This document shows positions 56,516-64,000 of a DNA stretch of 64,000 bases, piece by piece. The stretch is from assembly GCA_045658565.1 (NCBI GenBank), contig JAZOVF010000008.1:49051-113050 (forward strand), written 5' to 3'. A program made the translations under genes and the position numbers. The notes under the pieces were generated by a model. It saw only the letters and a list, made by a program, of their open reading frames with translations, did no database searches and was not told the DNA's origin. Each line of letters begins with the position of its first letter. The first letter of the stretch is position 1. The stretch comes from Eubacteriales bacterium (lineage in GTDB: Bacteria > Bacillota > Clostridia > Oscillospirales > CAG-272).

Positions 56516-56860
56516 ATGTCTGTAAAAGTTAAGTTTCTACTCGCTTTTCTTGTTTTGGGATTGGTTCTCGTTGGCGCAGGCTGGGTTGGCATGATTCGCT
56601 TCGGTTTGGATGCGACAGTATCGGCTGTTATGATGCAGATCGGTGCGCTTTTTCTCAACCTTGCGTGGCTTGTCGGAATAATATCTATCATCGGCTTTAA
56701 ACGGCTAATTAAGTGGATGTATTTTATTTTTGTTATAACATTCGTTATCTGCGTGTTGGTTTTGGTCCCGTTCGTAGACTTCTTAACAATGACGGTTCTT
56801 GGTATTCTTTGCCTTGTTTTTACGCTTACACTGATACCTATTTTCAAAAATCATAAATAA
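56516..56860 (+). CDS. Small very hydrophobic protein 3 (114 aa)
   Basis: AAGGAG RBS; about four TM segments; followed by a terminator. Confidence 0.72.
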   Translation: MSVKVKFLLAFLVLGLVLVGAGWVGMIRFGLDATVSAVMMQIGALFLNLAWLVGIISIIGFKRLIKWMYFIFVITFVICVLVLVPFVDFLTMTVLGILCLVFTLTLIPIFKNHK

Positions 56861-56870
56861 TCCAAAGAAT

Positions 56871-56910
56871 AAAACGCTTGTGCCCGGCTCGGATGCATAA
56901 GCGTTTTTTT
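56871..56910 (+). terminator. Terminator after the hydrophobic triplet
   Basis: aaaacgcttgtgc / gcataagcgttttttt. Confidence 0.82.
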
Positions 56911-56984
56911 CTATTGACAATAAAATATAAATATGCTAGAATATAGCGGCATATATGAAAGACTAATATTTATCTGGAGATAAA

Positions 56985-58328
56985 ATGAAAGAAAAGAGAC
57001 CTATTCAGCTTTCCGACAGCTTCGGCTACGGCAGGCTTATTCGATTTGTTATTCCCTCGGTGGTGATGATGATATTCACCTCAATATACAGTATTGTAGA
57101 CGGATTTTTTGTTTCAAATTTTGTAAACAAGACGGCCTTTGCTGCAGTAAACCTTATAATGCCTTTGATTATGGTTCTGGGCGCTGTTGGATTTATGATA
57201 GGAACGGGAGGCACCGCCATAGTGGCAAAAACTCTCGGCCTTGGCGAAAAAGAGAACGCAAATCGTTATTTTTCCTTCCTTATTTATTTTACTGTAATAT
57301 CAGGTGTTGTTTTATCCGCGCTTGGTATAGTTTTTGCAAAACCTGTGGCGGTGCTTCTCGGAGCAACCGAGGGGGCAATGCTTGAAAACTGTGTTACATA
57401 TTGTCAGCTTGTGCTTCTTGGTCTGCCGTTCTTTATGCTCCAGAATGTTTTTCAGTCCTTCTTTATAACTGCTGAAAGACCAAAGCTCGGGCTTCTTGTT
57501 ACGGTTATGGCAGGAGTTACAAACATTGTCCTTGATGCCCTCTTTATTGCCGTTTTCGAGTGGGGGATTGCAGGAGCTGCGGTTGCAACAGCAACAAGTC
57601 AGCTTGTAGGCGGTGTGTTTCCTCTTATCTACTTCGGACGTGATAATTCAAGCGCTCTACGCCTTGGAAAAACGTCATTTTACGGAAATGTGCTTTTGCA
57701 CACGGTAACAAACGGCTCATCTGAGCTTATGAGCAATATTTCATCCTCGGTTGTAACAATATTTTATAATGTGCAGCTTATGCGTTTTGCGGGAGAGAAC
57801 GGTGTTGCCGCCTATGGCGCAATAATGTATGTCAGCTTTATTTTTGCTGCTATTTTTATCGGCTTTTCTATCGGCTCATCACCGATAGTCAGCTTCCACT
57901 TCGGTGCGGACAACAGAGACGAGCTTCGGAGTCTCAGAAAAAAGAGCACTGTAATAATTGGTATAACCTCACTTGCTATGACAGCTCTTTCACTTCTTCT
58001 CTCAGCCCCTCTATCCCAGCTTTTTGTAGGCTATGACAGAGAGCTTTATGAGCTTACACACCACGGATTTGTTATATTCTCGTTTGTATTCCTTACAATG
58101 GGAATAAATATCTTTGGCTCGGGCTTCTTTACCGCCCTTAATAACGGACTTGTTTCTGCGGTTATAGCCTTTCTCAGAACTCTTGTTTTCCAGATTTCAT
58201 CTGTGCTTATATTGCCCATATTCTTCGAGCTTGACGGAGTCTGGTTCTCGGTAATCACGGCAGATGTCTTGGCCTTTATCGTAACGGTAGCCTTCCTCGT
58301 GGGAAAGAGAAAACGGTATGGGTATTAA
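56985..58328 (+). CDS. MATE family efflux transporter
   Basis: PSVVMMIFTSIYSIVDGFFVSNFV, GIAGAAVATA, GVAAYG; promoter TTGACA-17-TAGAAT at 56914-56942. Confidence 0.95.
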   Translation: MKEKRPIQLSDSFGYGRLIRFVIPSVVMMIFTSIYSIVDGFFVSNFVNKTAFAAVNLIMPLIMVLGAVGFMIGTGGTAIVAKTLGLGEKENANRYFSFLIYFTVISGVVLSALGIVFAKPVAVLLGATEGAMLENCVTYCQLVLLGLPFFMLQNVFQSFFITAERPKLGLLVTVMAGVTNIVLDALFIAVFEWGIAGAAVATATSQLVGGVFPLIYFGRDNSSALRLGKTSFYGNVLLHTVTNGSSELMSNISSSVVTIFYNVQLMRFAGENGVAAYGAIMYVSFIFAAIFIGFSIGSSPIVSFHFGADNRDELRSLRKKSTVIIGITSLAMTALSLLLSAPLSQLFVGYDRELYELTHHGFVIFSFVFLTMGINIFGSGFFTALNNGLVSAVIAFLRTLVFQISSVLILPIFFELDGVWFSVITADVLAFIVTVAFLVGKRKRYGY

Positions 58329-59206
58329 ATAAGCTTTTCAAGCTCTCCCGAAAGGGTTGCCTTTGTAGATGCCCTTACCTCATAAAGGGGAAGTCTTAAT
58401 TCCGGGGAGCATAGCCCAAGTTTTGACATTGCGTATTTTATTGGCGCAGGGTTTGTCTCTAAGAATAATGAATTTATAAACGGTAAGAGCCTTAGCTGTG
58501 TTGCGAGGCTCTTTTTTGTATCCCCCTCTAAATAATAATTAACAATATCGCAGGCATCTTTTGGCAAAATATTAGACACAACCGAAATTGCTCCCGCGCC
58601 GCCGAGGGCAAGAGCTGTATAAATTTGCGAGTCATTTCCTGCATAAAGGGGAAGTGATATGCCAAAGGCAGAAAGAGAAACCAGCCTGTCAGCAGAGTCG
58701 GATGCCTCTTTTATTCCAACGGTGTTCTCATGCTCAGAAAGCCTTGATAGAAGATTCAATCCCAGGTTTACCCCTGTTCTTGAGGGGACATTATAAAGTA
58801 TCGCGGGCAGGTCGGCTGATTCCAAAATTGACATATAGTGCCTGAAAACGCCCTCCTCCGTACCCTTGTTGTAATATGGAGTAACTAAAAGCACGCCGTC
58901 ACAGCCTATCTCCGCAGCCCTTTTTGTATGCCTTATGGCGGCTGCCGTATCGTTTGTTCCAGTGCCAAAGACGAGCTTTATTCTGCCAAGGCATCTCTCA
59001 GCAGTAAATTCAAAAAGCGAATATCTCTCCGAGTCTGTAAGGGTGGCGGCCTCGCCTGTTGTACCGCCTATAATAAGTGCGTGTACTCCTGAGGAAATTT
59101 GCATCTCTATAAGGTTTTCAAGTGCATCAAAATCAATTTCTCCGTTTTTAAAAGGAGTTACAAGGGCAGTTCCAATGCCGTTGAATATAGTTTTTTTAGT
59201 TTTCAT
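58325..59206 (-). CDS. dapA: 4-hydroxy-tetrahydrodipicolinate synthase
   Basis: ALVTPF, GTTGE, VTPYYNK, LYNVPSRTG, GIKEAS, ETNPAPIK; probable start ATG 59206. Confidence 0.96.
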   Translation of the reverse strand: MKTKKTIFNGIGTALVTPFKNGEIDFDALENLIEMQISSGVHALIIGGTTGEAATLTDSERYSLFEFTAERCLGRIKLVFGTGTNDTAAAIRHTKRAAEIGCDGVLLVTPYYNKGTEEGVFRHYMSILESADLPAILYNVPSRTGVNLGLNLLSRLSEHENTVGIKEASDSADRLVSLSAFGISLPLYAGNDSQIYTALALGGAGAISVVSNILPKDACDIVNYYLEGDTKKSLATQLRLLPFINSLFLETNPAPIKYAMSKLGLCSPELRLPLYEVRASTKATLSGELEKLI

Positions 59207-59296
59207 AACTTTATTGCTCTCATCTCTTGAAAAAACAAATGGTTTTGTGTATAATTGATTCGTATATTTATATTTTATGAAATAGGAGAAGCTCTC

Positions 59297-60391
59297 GTGC
59301 CGACAGATACGAAAAATAAAGAAGAAATAATAATAAATAAGAGGTGCGAAACCGACCTTACAACTCACGATTTTTATTACGACCTGCCCGAGGAGCTTAT
59401 TGCTCAGTTCCCGACGGCTGAGCGTGACGGCTGCCGACTTATGGTGCTTGACAGAGAATCTGGCAGGGTAGAGCATAAGCACTTTTACGATATAATAGAC
59501 TATCTTAACCCCGAGGATATGCTGGTGGTTAATTCCTCCAAGGTAATACCGGCAAGACTCCTTGGCAAAACCGACAAGACAGGCTCGGATATGGAGCTTT
59601 TGCTTCTCCGTATGCTTGACTCGGGGGAGTGGGAAACCCTTGTTCGTCCGGGAAAGCGCGCAAAGGTAGGCGCAGGCTTTGACTTTGGAGGAATTCTCCA
59701 CGCCACAGTTACCTCGGTGCTTGATGACGGAAACAGAATAGTTAAATTTGATTACGATATCGAAAAATACGGCTCAATATACGAGGTTCTCGACGAGGTG
59801 GGAAATATGCCCCTGCCTCCCTATATTACAAAAAAGCTGGAAAACAAGTCCGACTACCAGACAGTTTATGCTAAAGAGGAGGGCTCAGCCGCAGCTCCCA
59901 CAGCAGGTCTGCATTTTACAAAGGAGCTGCTTGAAAAAATCAAAGCCAAGGGTGTAGGCTATGGCGAGGTAACTCTTCACGTTGGTCTCGGCACATTCCG
60001 TCCCGTAAAGGTTGAGAGGCTTGAAGAGCACCTTATGCACTCGGAATATTTCTACATAACAGAGGATGTAGCCGAGGAAATAAACCGCCGCAGAGCCGCA
60101 GGAGGCAGAATTATTGCCGTAGGAACAACCGCCTGCCGTGTGCTTGAAAGCGTTGCCGAGTCTGACGGAAAAATGAGAGCCTTTAAGGGCGAAACAGGAA
60201 TTTTCATCTACCCCGGCTACAAATTCAAGGCAATAGACGCCCTGATAACAAACTTCCACCTTCCAGAGTCCACCCTTATAATGCTGGTCAGCGCCCTTGC
60301 GGGAAAAGAAAATACCATGAATGCGTACAAAACGGCAGTAGATGAGAAATACCGATTTTTCTCCTTTGGTGATAGTATGTTTATTCAATAA
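59297..60391 (+). CDS. queA: S-adenosylmethionine:tRNA ribosyltransferase-isomerase
   Basis: [52 protein letters not shown]; GTG start after AGGAG. Confidence 0.97.
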   Translation: MPTDTKNKEEIIINKRCETDLTTHDFYYDLPEELIAQFPTAERDGCRLMVLDRESGRVEHKHFYDIIDYLNPEDMLVVNSSKVIPARLLGKTDKTGSDMELLLLRMLDSGEWETLVRPGKRAKVGAGFDFGGILHATVTSVLDDGNRIVKFDYDIEKYGSIYEVLDEVGNMPLPPYITKKLENKSDYQTVYAKEEGSAAAPTAGLHFTKELLEKIKAKGVGYGEVTLHVGLGTFRPVKVERLEEHLMHSEYFYITEDVAEEINRRRAAGGRIIAVGTTACRVLESVAESDGKMRAFKGETGIFIYPGYKFKAIDALITNFHLPESTLIMLVSALAGKENTMNAYKTAVDEKYRFFSFGDSMFIQ

Positions 60392-60525
60392 GTCCCGAGT
60401 ACTGCAAAACCCTCAAAAGCCGGAAAAATATGCCCAAAGTAACTATTTGGCTACATAATTTGGAGCAGAAATGGAAAAAATAACTAAAAAATACCGTTTT
60501 TTGTTCCTAAAAGGTTGTTATTATA

Positions 60526-60554
60526 TTGACAAATATCTACCAAAGTAGTATAAT
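60526..60554 (+). promoter_or_regulatory. SigA-type promoter of serC-serA
   Basis: Exact TTGACA-17 bp-TATAAT. Confidence 0.8.
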
Positions 60555-60616
60555 AAGTGTAATTTTATTTTTAATGAAAGGATTTACCCTATAAAGGGTA
60601 AAAATGGGCAAACAAA

Positions 60617-61717
60617 ATGAACAGAGTGTATAATTTCTCAGCCGGCCCTTCTATGCTTCCCCTTGAGGTTCTCGAGCGTGCGCAGAAGGAGATGCTGTGC
60701 TACAGAGAGTCAGGAATGTCGGTTATGGAGATGAGCCACCGTACCCCTGAGTTTGAGGCTATTCTTCACGGGGCAGAGGACGCACTCAGAAAGCTGATGA
60801 ACATTCCTGCAAACTACAAAATTCTCTTTATGCAGGGTGGAGCATCAACTCAGTTTGCTTCAGTTCCGCTTAACCTTCTTTCCGCACATCAGTGTGCAGA
60901 CTATATCGTTTCGGGCCAGTTCTCCAAGAAGGCTGCTACCGAGGCTAAGAAGTATGGTGATATAGCTATTGCGGCATCCTCCGCAGGCGCAATTCCTACC
61001 TTCTCCACAATTCCCGAAACAACAAAAAGCTCCTTCCGTCCAGATGCAGACTATGTTCATATCTGCTTTAACAATACTATTTACGGAACAAAGTTCCACT
61101 ATATTCCCGATACAGGAAACATTCCTCTTGTTGCTGATATGTCATCCTGCATCTGCTCCGAGCCTGTTGATGTTTCAAAGTTTGGCCTTATCTACGCAGG
61201 AGCTCAGAAGAACATCGCTCCCGCAGGTGTAACTATTGTTATTGTTCGTCAGGACCTTATCGGAAACGCACGTCCGGACACTCCCGCAATGCTTGACTAT
61301 CAGAACATGGCAGAGAACGACTCTATGTACAACACTCCTCCCTGCTGGTGCATCTATATGGCAAAGCTTGTGTTTGAGTGGATTCTTTCTATCGGAGGTC
61401 TTGAGGAAATGAAGCGCCGTAATGAGAGAAAGGCTTCTCTTCTTTACGATTATCTTGACGCTCAGTCCTACTATACCGCAAGTGTTGACAAAAAGTGCCG
61501 TTCTATGATGAACGTGGTGTTTATTACAGGCGATGCCGAGCTTGATAAAAAGTTCTGCAAGGAGGCATCCGAGAGAGGTCTTAAGAACCTTAAGGGTCAC
61601 CGTTCTGTTGGCGGTATGCGTGCATCTATCTACAATGCTATGCCCACCGAGGGTGTTGAAAAGCTTGTCGAGTTCATGAAGGAATTTGCAGCTAACAACC
61701 CCAAGGTTCAGTATTAA
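60617..61717 (+). CDS. serC: Phosphoserine aminotransferase
   Basis: RVYNFSAGPSMLP, EMSHR, YAGAQKN, GHRSVGGMRASIYNA. Confidence 0.98.
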   Translation: MNRVYNFSAGPSMLPLEVLERAQKEMLCYRESGMSVMEMSHRTPEFEAILHGAEDALRKLMNIPANYKILFMQGGASTQFASVPLNLLSAHQCADYIVSGQFSKKAATEAKKYGDIAIAASSAGAIPTFSTIPETTKSSFRPDADYVHICFNNTIYGTKFHYIPDTGNIPLVADMSSCICSEPVDVSKFGLIYAGAQKNIAPAGVTIVIVRQDLIGNARPDTPAMLDYQNMAENDSMYNTPPCWCIYMAKLVFEWILSIGGLEEMKRRNERKASLLYDYLDAQSYYTASVDKKCRSMMNVVFITGDAELDKKFCKEASERGLKNLKGHRSVGGMRASIYNAMPTEGVEKLVEFMKEFAANNPKVQY

Positions 61718-61763
61718 GTATCAATAAAAATCCTAGTAAAACAGGAAAAATGTAAACAAAACT

Positions 61764-62927
61764 ATGAAAAAAATCAAATTAATGAATAAAATTGCCGCTA
61801 TCGGCACTGATGTTTTTGATAAAAACGTGTATGAGGTTTCCGAGAACGTAGAAGCACCTGATGCTATGATGGTGCGTTCTGCCAACCTTCACGAAATGGA
61901 ATATAACCCAGAGCTTCTTGCAATTGCAAGAGCGGGCGCAGGTGTAAACAACATTCCTACCGACGAGTGCGCTAAGCGCGGTATTGTTGTTTTCAACACC
62001 CCCGGTGCTAATGCAAACGGAGTTAAGGAGCTTGCAGTTGCGGCTCTTATGCTTGCTTCCCGTGACGTTGCCGGCGGTATTGAGTGGGTTAAAGCTAACG
62101 CAGACGATGCTAATATTGCAAAGACTGTTGAAAAGGAGAAATCAAAGTTTGCAGGCTGCGAAATCCTTGGCAAGACCCTTGGTGTTATCGGCCTTGGCGC
62201 TATCGGCGGTATGGTTGCAAATGCGGCAAAGAACCTCGGTATGAAGGTTGTTGGCTGTGACCCCTATCTTACAGTTAATGCGGCATGGAGCCTTTCCAGC
62301 TCGGTTCACCATGCACAGAGCTATGACGAAATTTACGCAGTTTCAGATTACATCACTCTTCACGTTCCCGCCACAGCTTCAACAAAGGGAATGATAAACA
62401 AGGAAACTATAGCAAAGATGAAGGACGGTGTGCGTATTATTAACCTTGCCCGCGCCGAGCTTGTCAATACAGAGGATATTAAGGAAGCCCTCGAGTCAGG
62501 AAAGGTTGCAGCGTATGTAACCGACTTCCCAACCCCCGAGACAGTTGGTCTTAAGAATACCGTAAACATTCCCCACCTTGGCGCATCCACCGCAGAGAGC
62601 GAGGATAACTGTGCGGTTATGGCAGCGCAGGAGCTTTCTGAGTTCCTTGCAACAGGAAATATCAGAAATTCCGTTAACTATCCCGCGGTTTCTATCCCCC
62701 ACACAGGCGCAGCCCGCATCTGTATAGCTCACAAGAATATACCCAATATGCTTTCCCAGATTACAGTTATCGTATCCGGAGCAGGCATCAATATTGAGAA
62801 CTTCTCAAACGGCTCTAAGGGCGACTTCGCTTACACTATCGTTGAGATAGGCGTTGATGTTCCCACAGCTATCGTTGCGGCTCTTGAGGCTATTGACGGA
62901 ATAATTAAGGTTAGAGTAATAGATTAA
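61764..62927 (+). CDS. serA: D-3-phosphoglycerate dehydrogenase with C-terminal ACT domain
   Basis: RAGAGVNNIP, NTPGANAN, GLGAIG, PHLGAST; follows serC. Confidence 0.95.
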   Translation: MKKIKLMNKIAAIGTDVFDKNVYEVSENVEAPDAMMVRSANLHEMEYNPELLAIARAGAGVNNIPTDECAKRGIVVFNTPGANANGVKELAVAALMLASRDVAGGIEWVKANADDANIAKTVEKEKSKFAGCEILGKTLGVIGLGAIGGMVANAAKNLGMKVVGCDPYLTVNAAWSLSSSVHHAQSYDEIYAVSDYITLHVPATASTKGMINKETIAKMKDGVRIINLARAELVNTEDIKEALESGKVAAYVTDFPTPETVGLKNTVNIPHLGASTAESEDNCAVMAAQELSEFLATGNIRNSVNYPAVSIPHTGAARICIAHKNIPNMLSQITVIVSGAGINIENFSNGSKGDFAYTIVEIGVDVPTAIVAALEAIDGIIKVRVID

Positions 62928-62961
62928 ATAATGTTCACGGCACCCCTCGGGGTGCCGATTT

Positions 62962-63199
62962 TGTCATCCTGAGGCGCACAGGGCTTATTCGAGGACGAAG
63001 AGTCAGCCCCGAAGGATCTCCTTTCTCGAACCTATTGCAAGTTCGGTCTTTTGCAGGGATGCACCTCGATAAAACTGACGACCGATGGTCGCCCCTACAA
63101 TTCACCTTTGCAAATCCAAAAGGGAATAAGGCTCCGAGAGGGAGATTCTTCGTGGTGAGATTTTAGTCTCCGAATATAATTTCTGCCGCTCAGAATGAC
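62962..63199. repeat. Empty GTCATCCTGAG-type palindromic element with a nested GTAG-type REP
   Basis: Left arm tgtcatcctgag...cgaaggatctcc; right arm ggagattcttcg...ctcagaatgac; internal acgaccgatggtcgcccctaca at 63078-63099. Confidence 0.8.
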
Positions 63200-63488
63200 G
63201 GATTATTTGCGACTTTGTAACCATATATAAAAATTACGGCACCCTTTACGGGTGCCGCTTTTGTTTGTGTAGCGACAACTTGGAATTTGCGTATTTCCCA
63301 ACAATCGGAGTTTGTTTTTTGCTTGTGGGAGGGGATCGCATTTTGTTTTGCATACATTTCTCCTAAAAGATATGATTTTAACCACATATGATTGGTTACA
63401 AATATATTATAAATCAGATGTGATTAAAAGTCAACACTTTTTTAATCATATATGATATAATTTTACAAAATAATATTTGGAGGAAAGT

Positions 63489-63707
63489 ATGATTTACGCC
63501 AACAGACTCAAATATTTGCGTGAAGCTCGTGATTTAACACAATCTGATATTGCGAAAGTGTTAGGGACGACTTATCAATATTATAGCACTTACGAATCGG
63601 GAAAACGTGAAATGCCTTTTTCGCGGGCAATCGAGCTTGCAAGGTTTTATAATGTATCCCTTGATTATCTTGCGGGCTTTACTGATACACCGAGAAAATT
63701 GAACTAA
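63489..63707 (+). CDS. XRE-family helix-turn-helix regulator
   Basis: RLKYLRE...TQSDIA...YESGKRE...FYNVSLDYLAG; GGAGG RBS. Confidence 0.92.
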   Translation: MIYANRLKYLREARDLTQSDIAKVLGTTYQYYSTYESGKREMPFSRAIELARFYNVSLDYLAGFTDTPRKLN

Positions 63708-63740
63708 TAATTGGATTAAACTGTGGACGGAACACTTTTT

Positions 63741-63810
63741 TGTCATCCTGAGGCGCATAGAGCTTATTCGAGGACGAAGAGCCTACCCCGAAGGATCTCC
63801 TTTTCCGAAC
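63741..63810 (+). repeat. Second copy of the GTCATCCTGAG left arm, directly upstream of the GIY-YIG gene
   Basis: 63 of 70 identical to 62962-63031. Confidence 0.9.
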
Positions 63811-63872
63811 AGCTAAAAGCTTATGGCTGGCAGGTAGGAGCTTGTATAATCTGAGCAAAAAGGGCTACTAAT

Positions 63873-64000
63873 ATGTACTACGTTTATATACTCACGAGCA
63901 AAAACAACAGAGTTTTGTATATTGGTGTTACGAATGATTTGAAACGCCGAATATATGAACACAAAAACGAGATTGTAGATGGATTTACAAAAAGGTATCA
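63873..64000 (+). CDS. GIY-YIG nuclease family protein (partial; not in the supplied ORF track)
   Basis: MYYVYILTSKNNRVLYIGVTNDLKRRIYEHKNEIVDGFTKRY... Confidence 0.9.
   Translation, partial: MYYVYILTSKNNRVLYIGVTNDLKRRIYEHKNEIVDGFTKRY

Noticed and set aside
59207-59701. N-terminal extension of dapA in the 458-aa ORF call
   Set aside because: It overlaps queA on the opposite strand; DapA homology begins at MKTKKTIFNGIGTALVTPF (59206)

Overview
A 64-kb chromosomal window from a Clostridia-type Firmicute, judged from gene order and many near-consensus TTGACA-17-TATAAT promoters. It holds mostly housekeeping genes: yceD-rpmF, fhs-rdgB, rpsO-pnp, an archaeal-type aspS, nrdR-yloC-remA-rpoZ-priA-def-fmt-rsmB-rlmN-rsgA, three peptidases, nnr, an acyl-CoA synthetase-iorAB-paaK-ACT operon, dapA, queA and serC-serA. 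I recognised no rRNA, tRNA, CRISPR array, integrase or classical transposase. The unusual content is: (1) at least four families of palindromic REP-like elements. Two sit against small stand-alone nucleases (DUF559 and GIY-YIG), and they repeatedly occur where a gene 3' end or terminator has been duplicated (rsgA 66 bp, radical SAM gene 45 bp, serA terminator about 28 bp, aspS 140-bp tandem). This suggests an undescribed nuclease/REP mini-element system. (2) A tandem pair of related Cys/His-rich surface lipoproteins built from roughly 180-aa super-repeats. (3) A roughly 210-nt structured RNA bounded by a promoter and a terminator upstream of an abrB-like gene. (4) A triplet of extremely hydrophobic proteins of about 110 aa. 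(5) Degraded genes: a MATE gene with an in-frame TAG and two glycoside-hydrolase remnants. All family assignments come from motif recognition by eye, not database searches.
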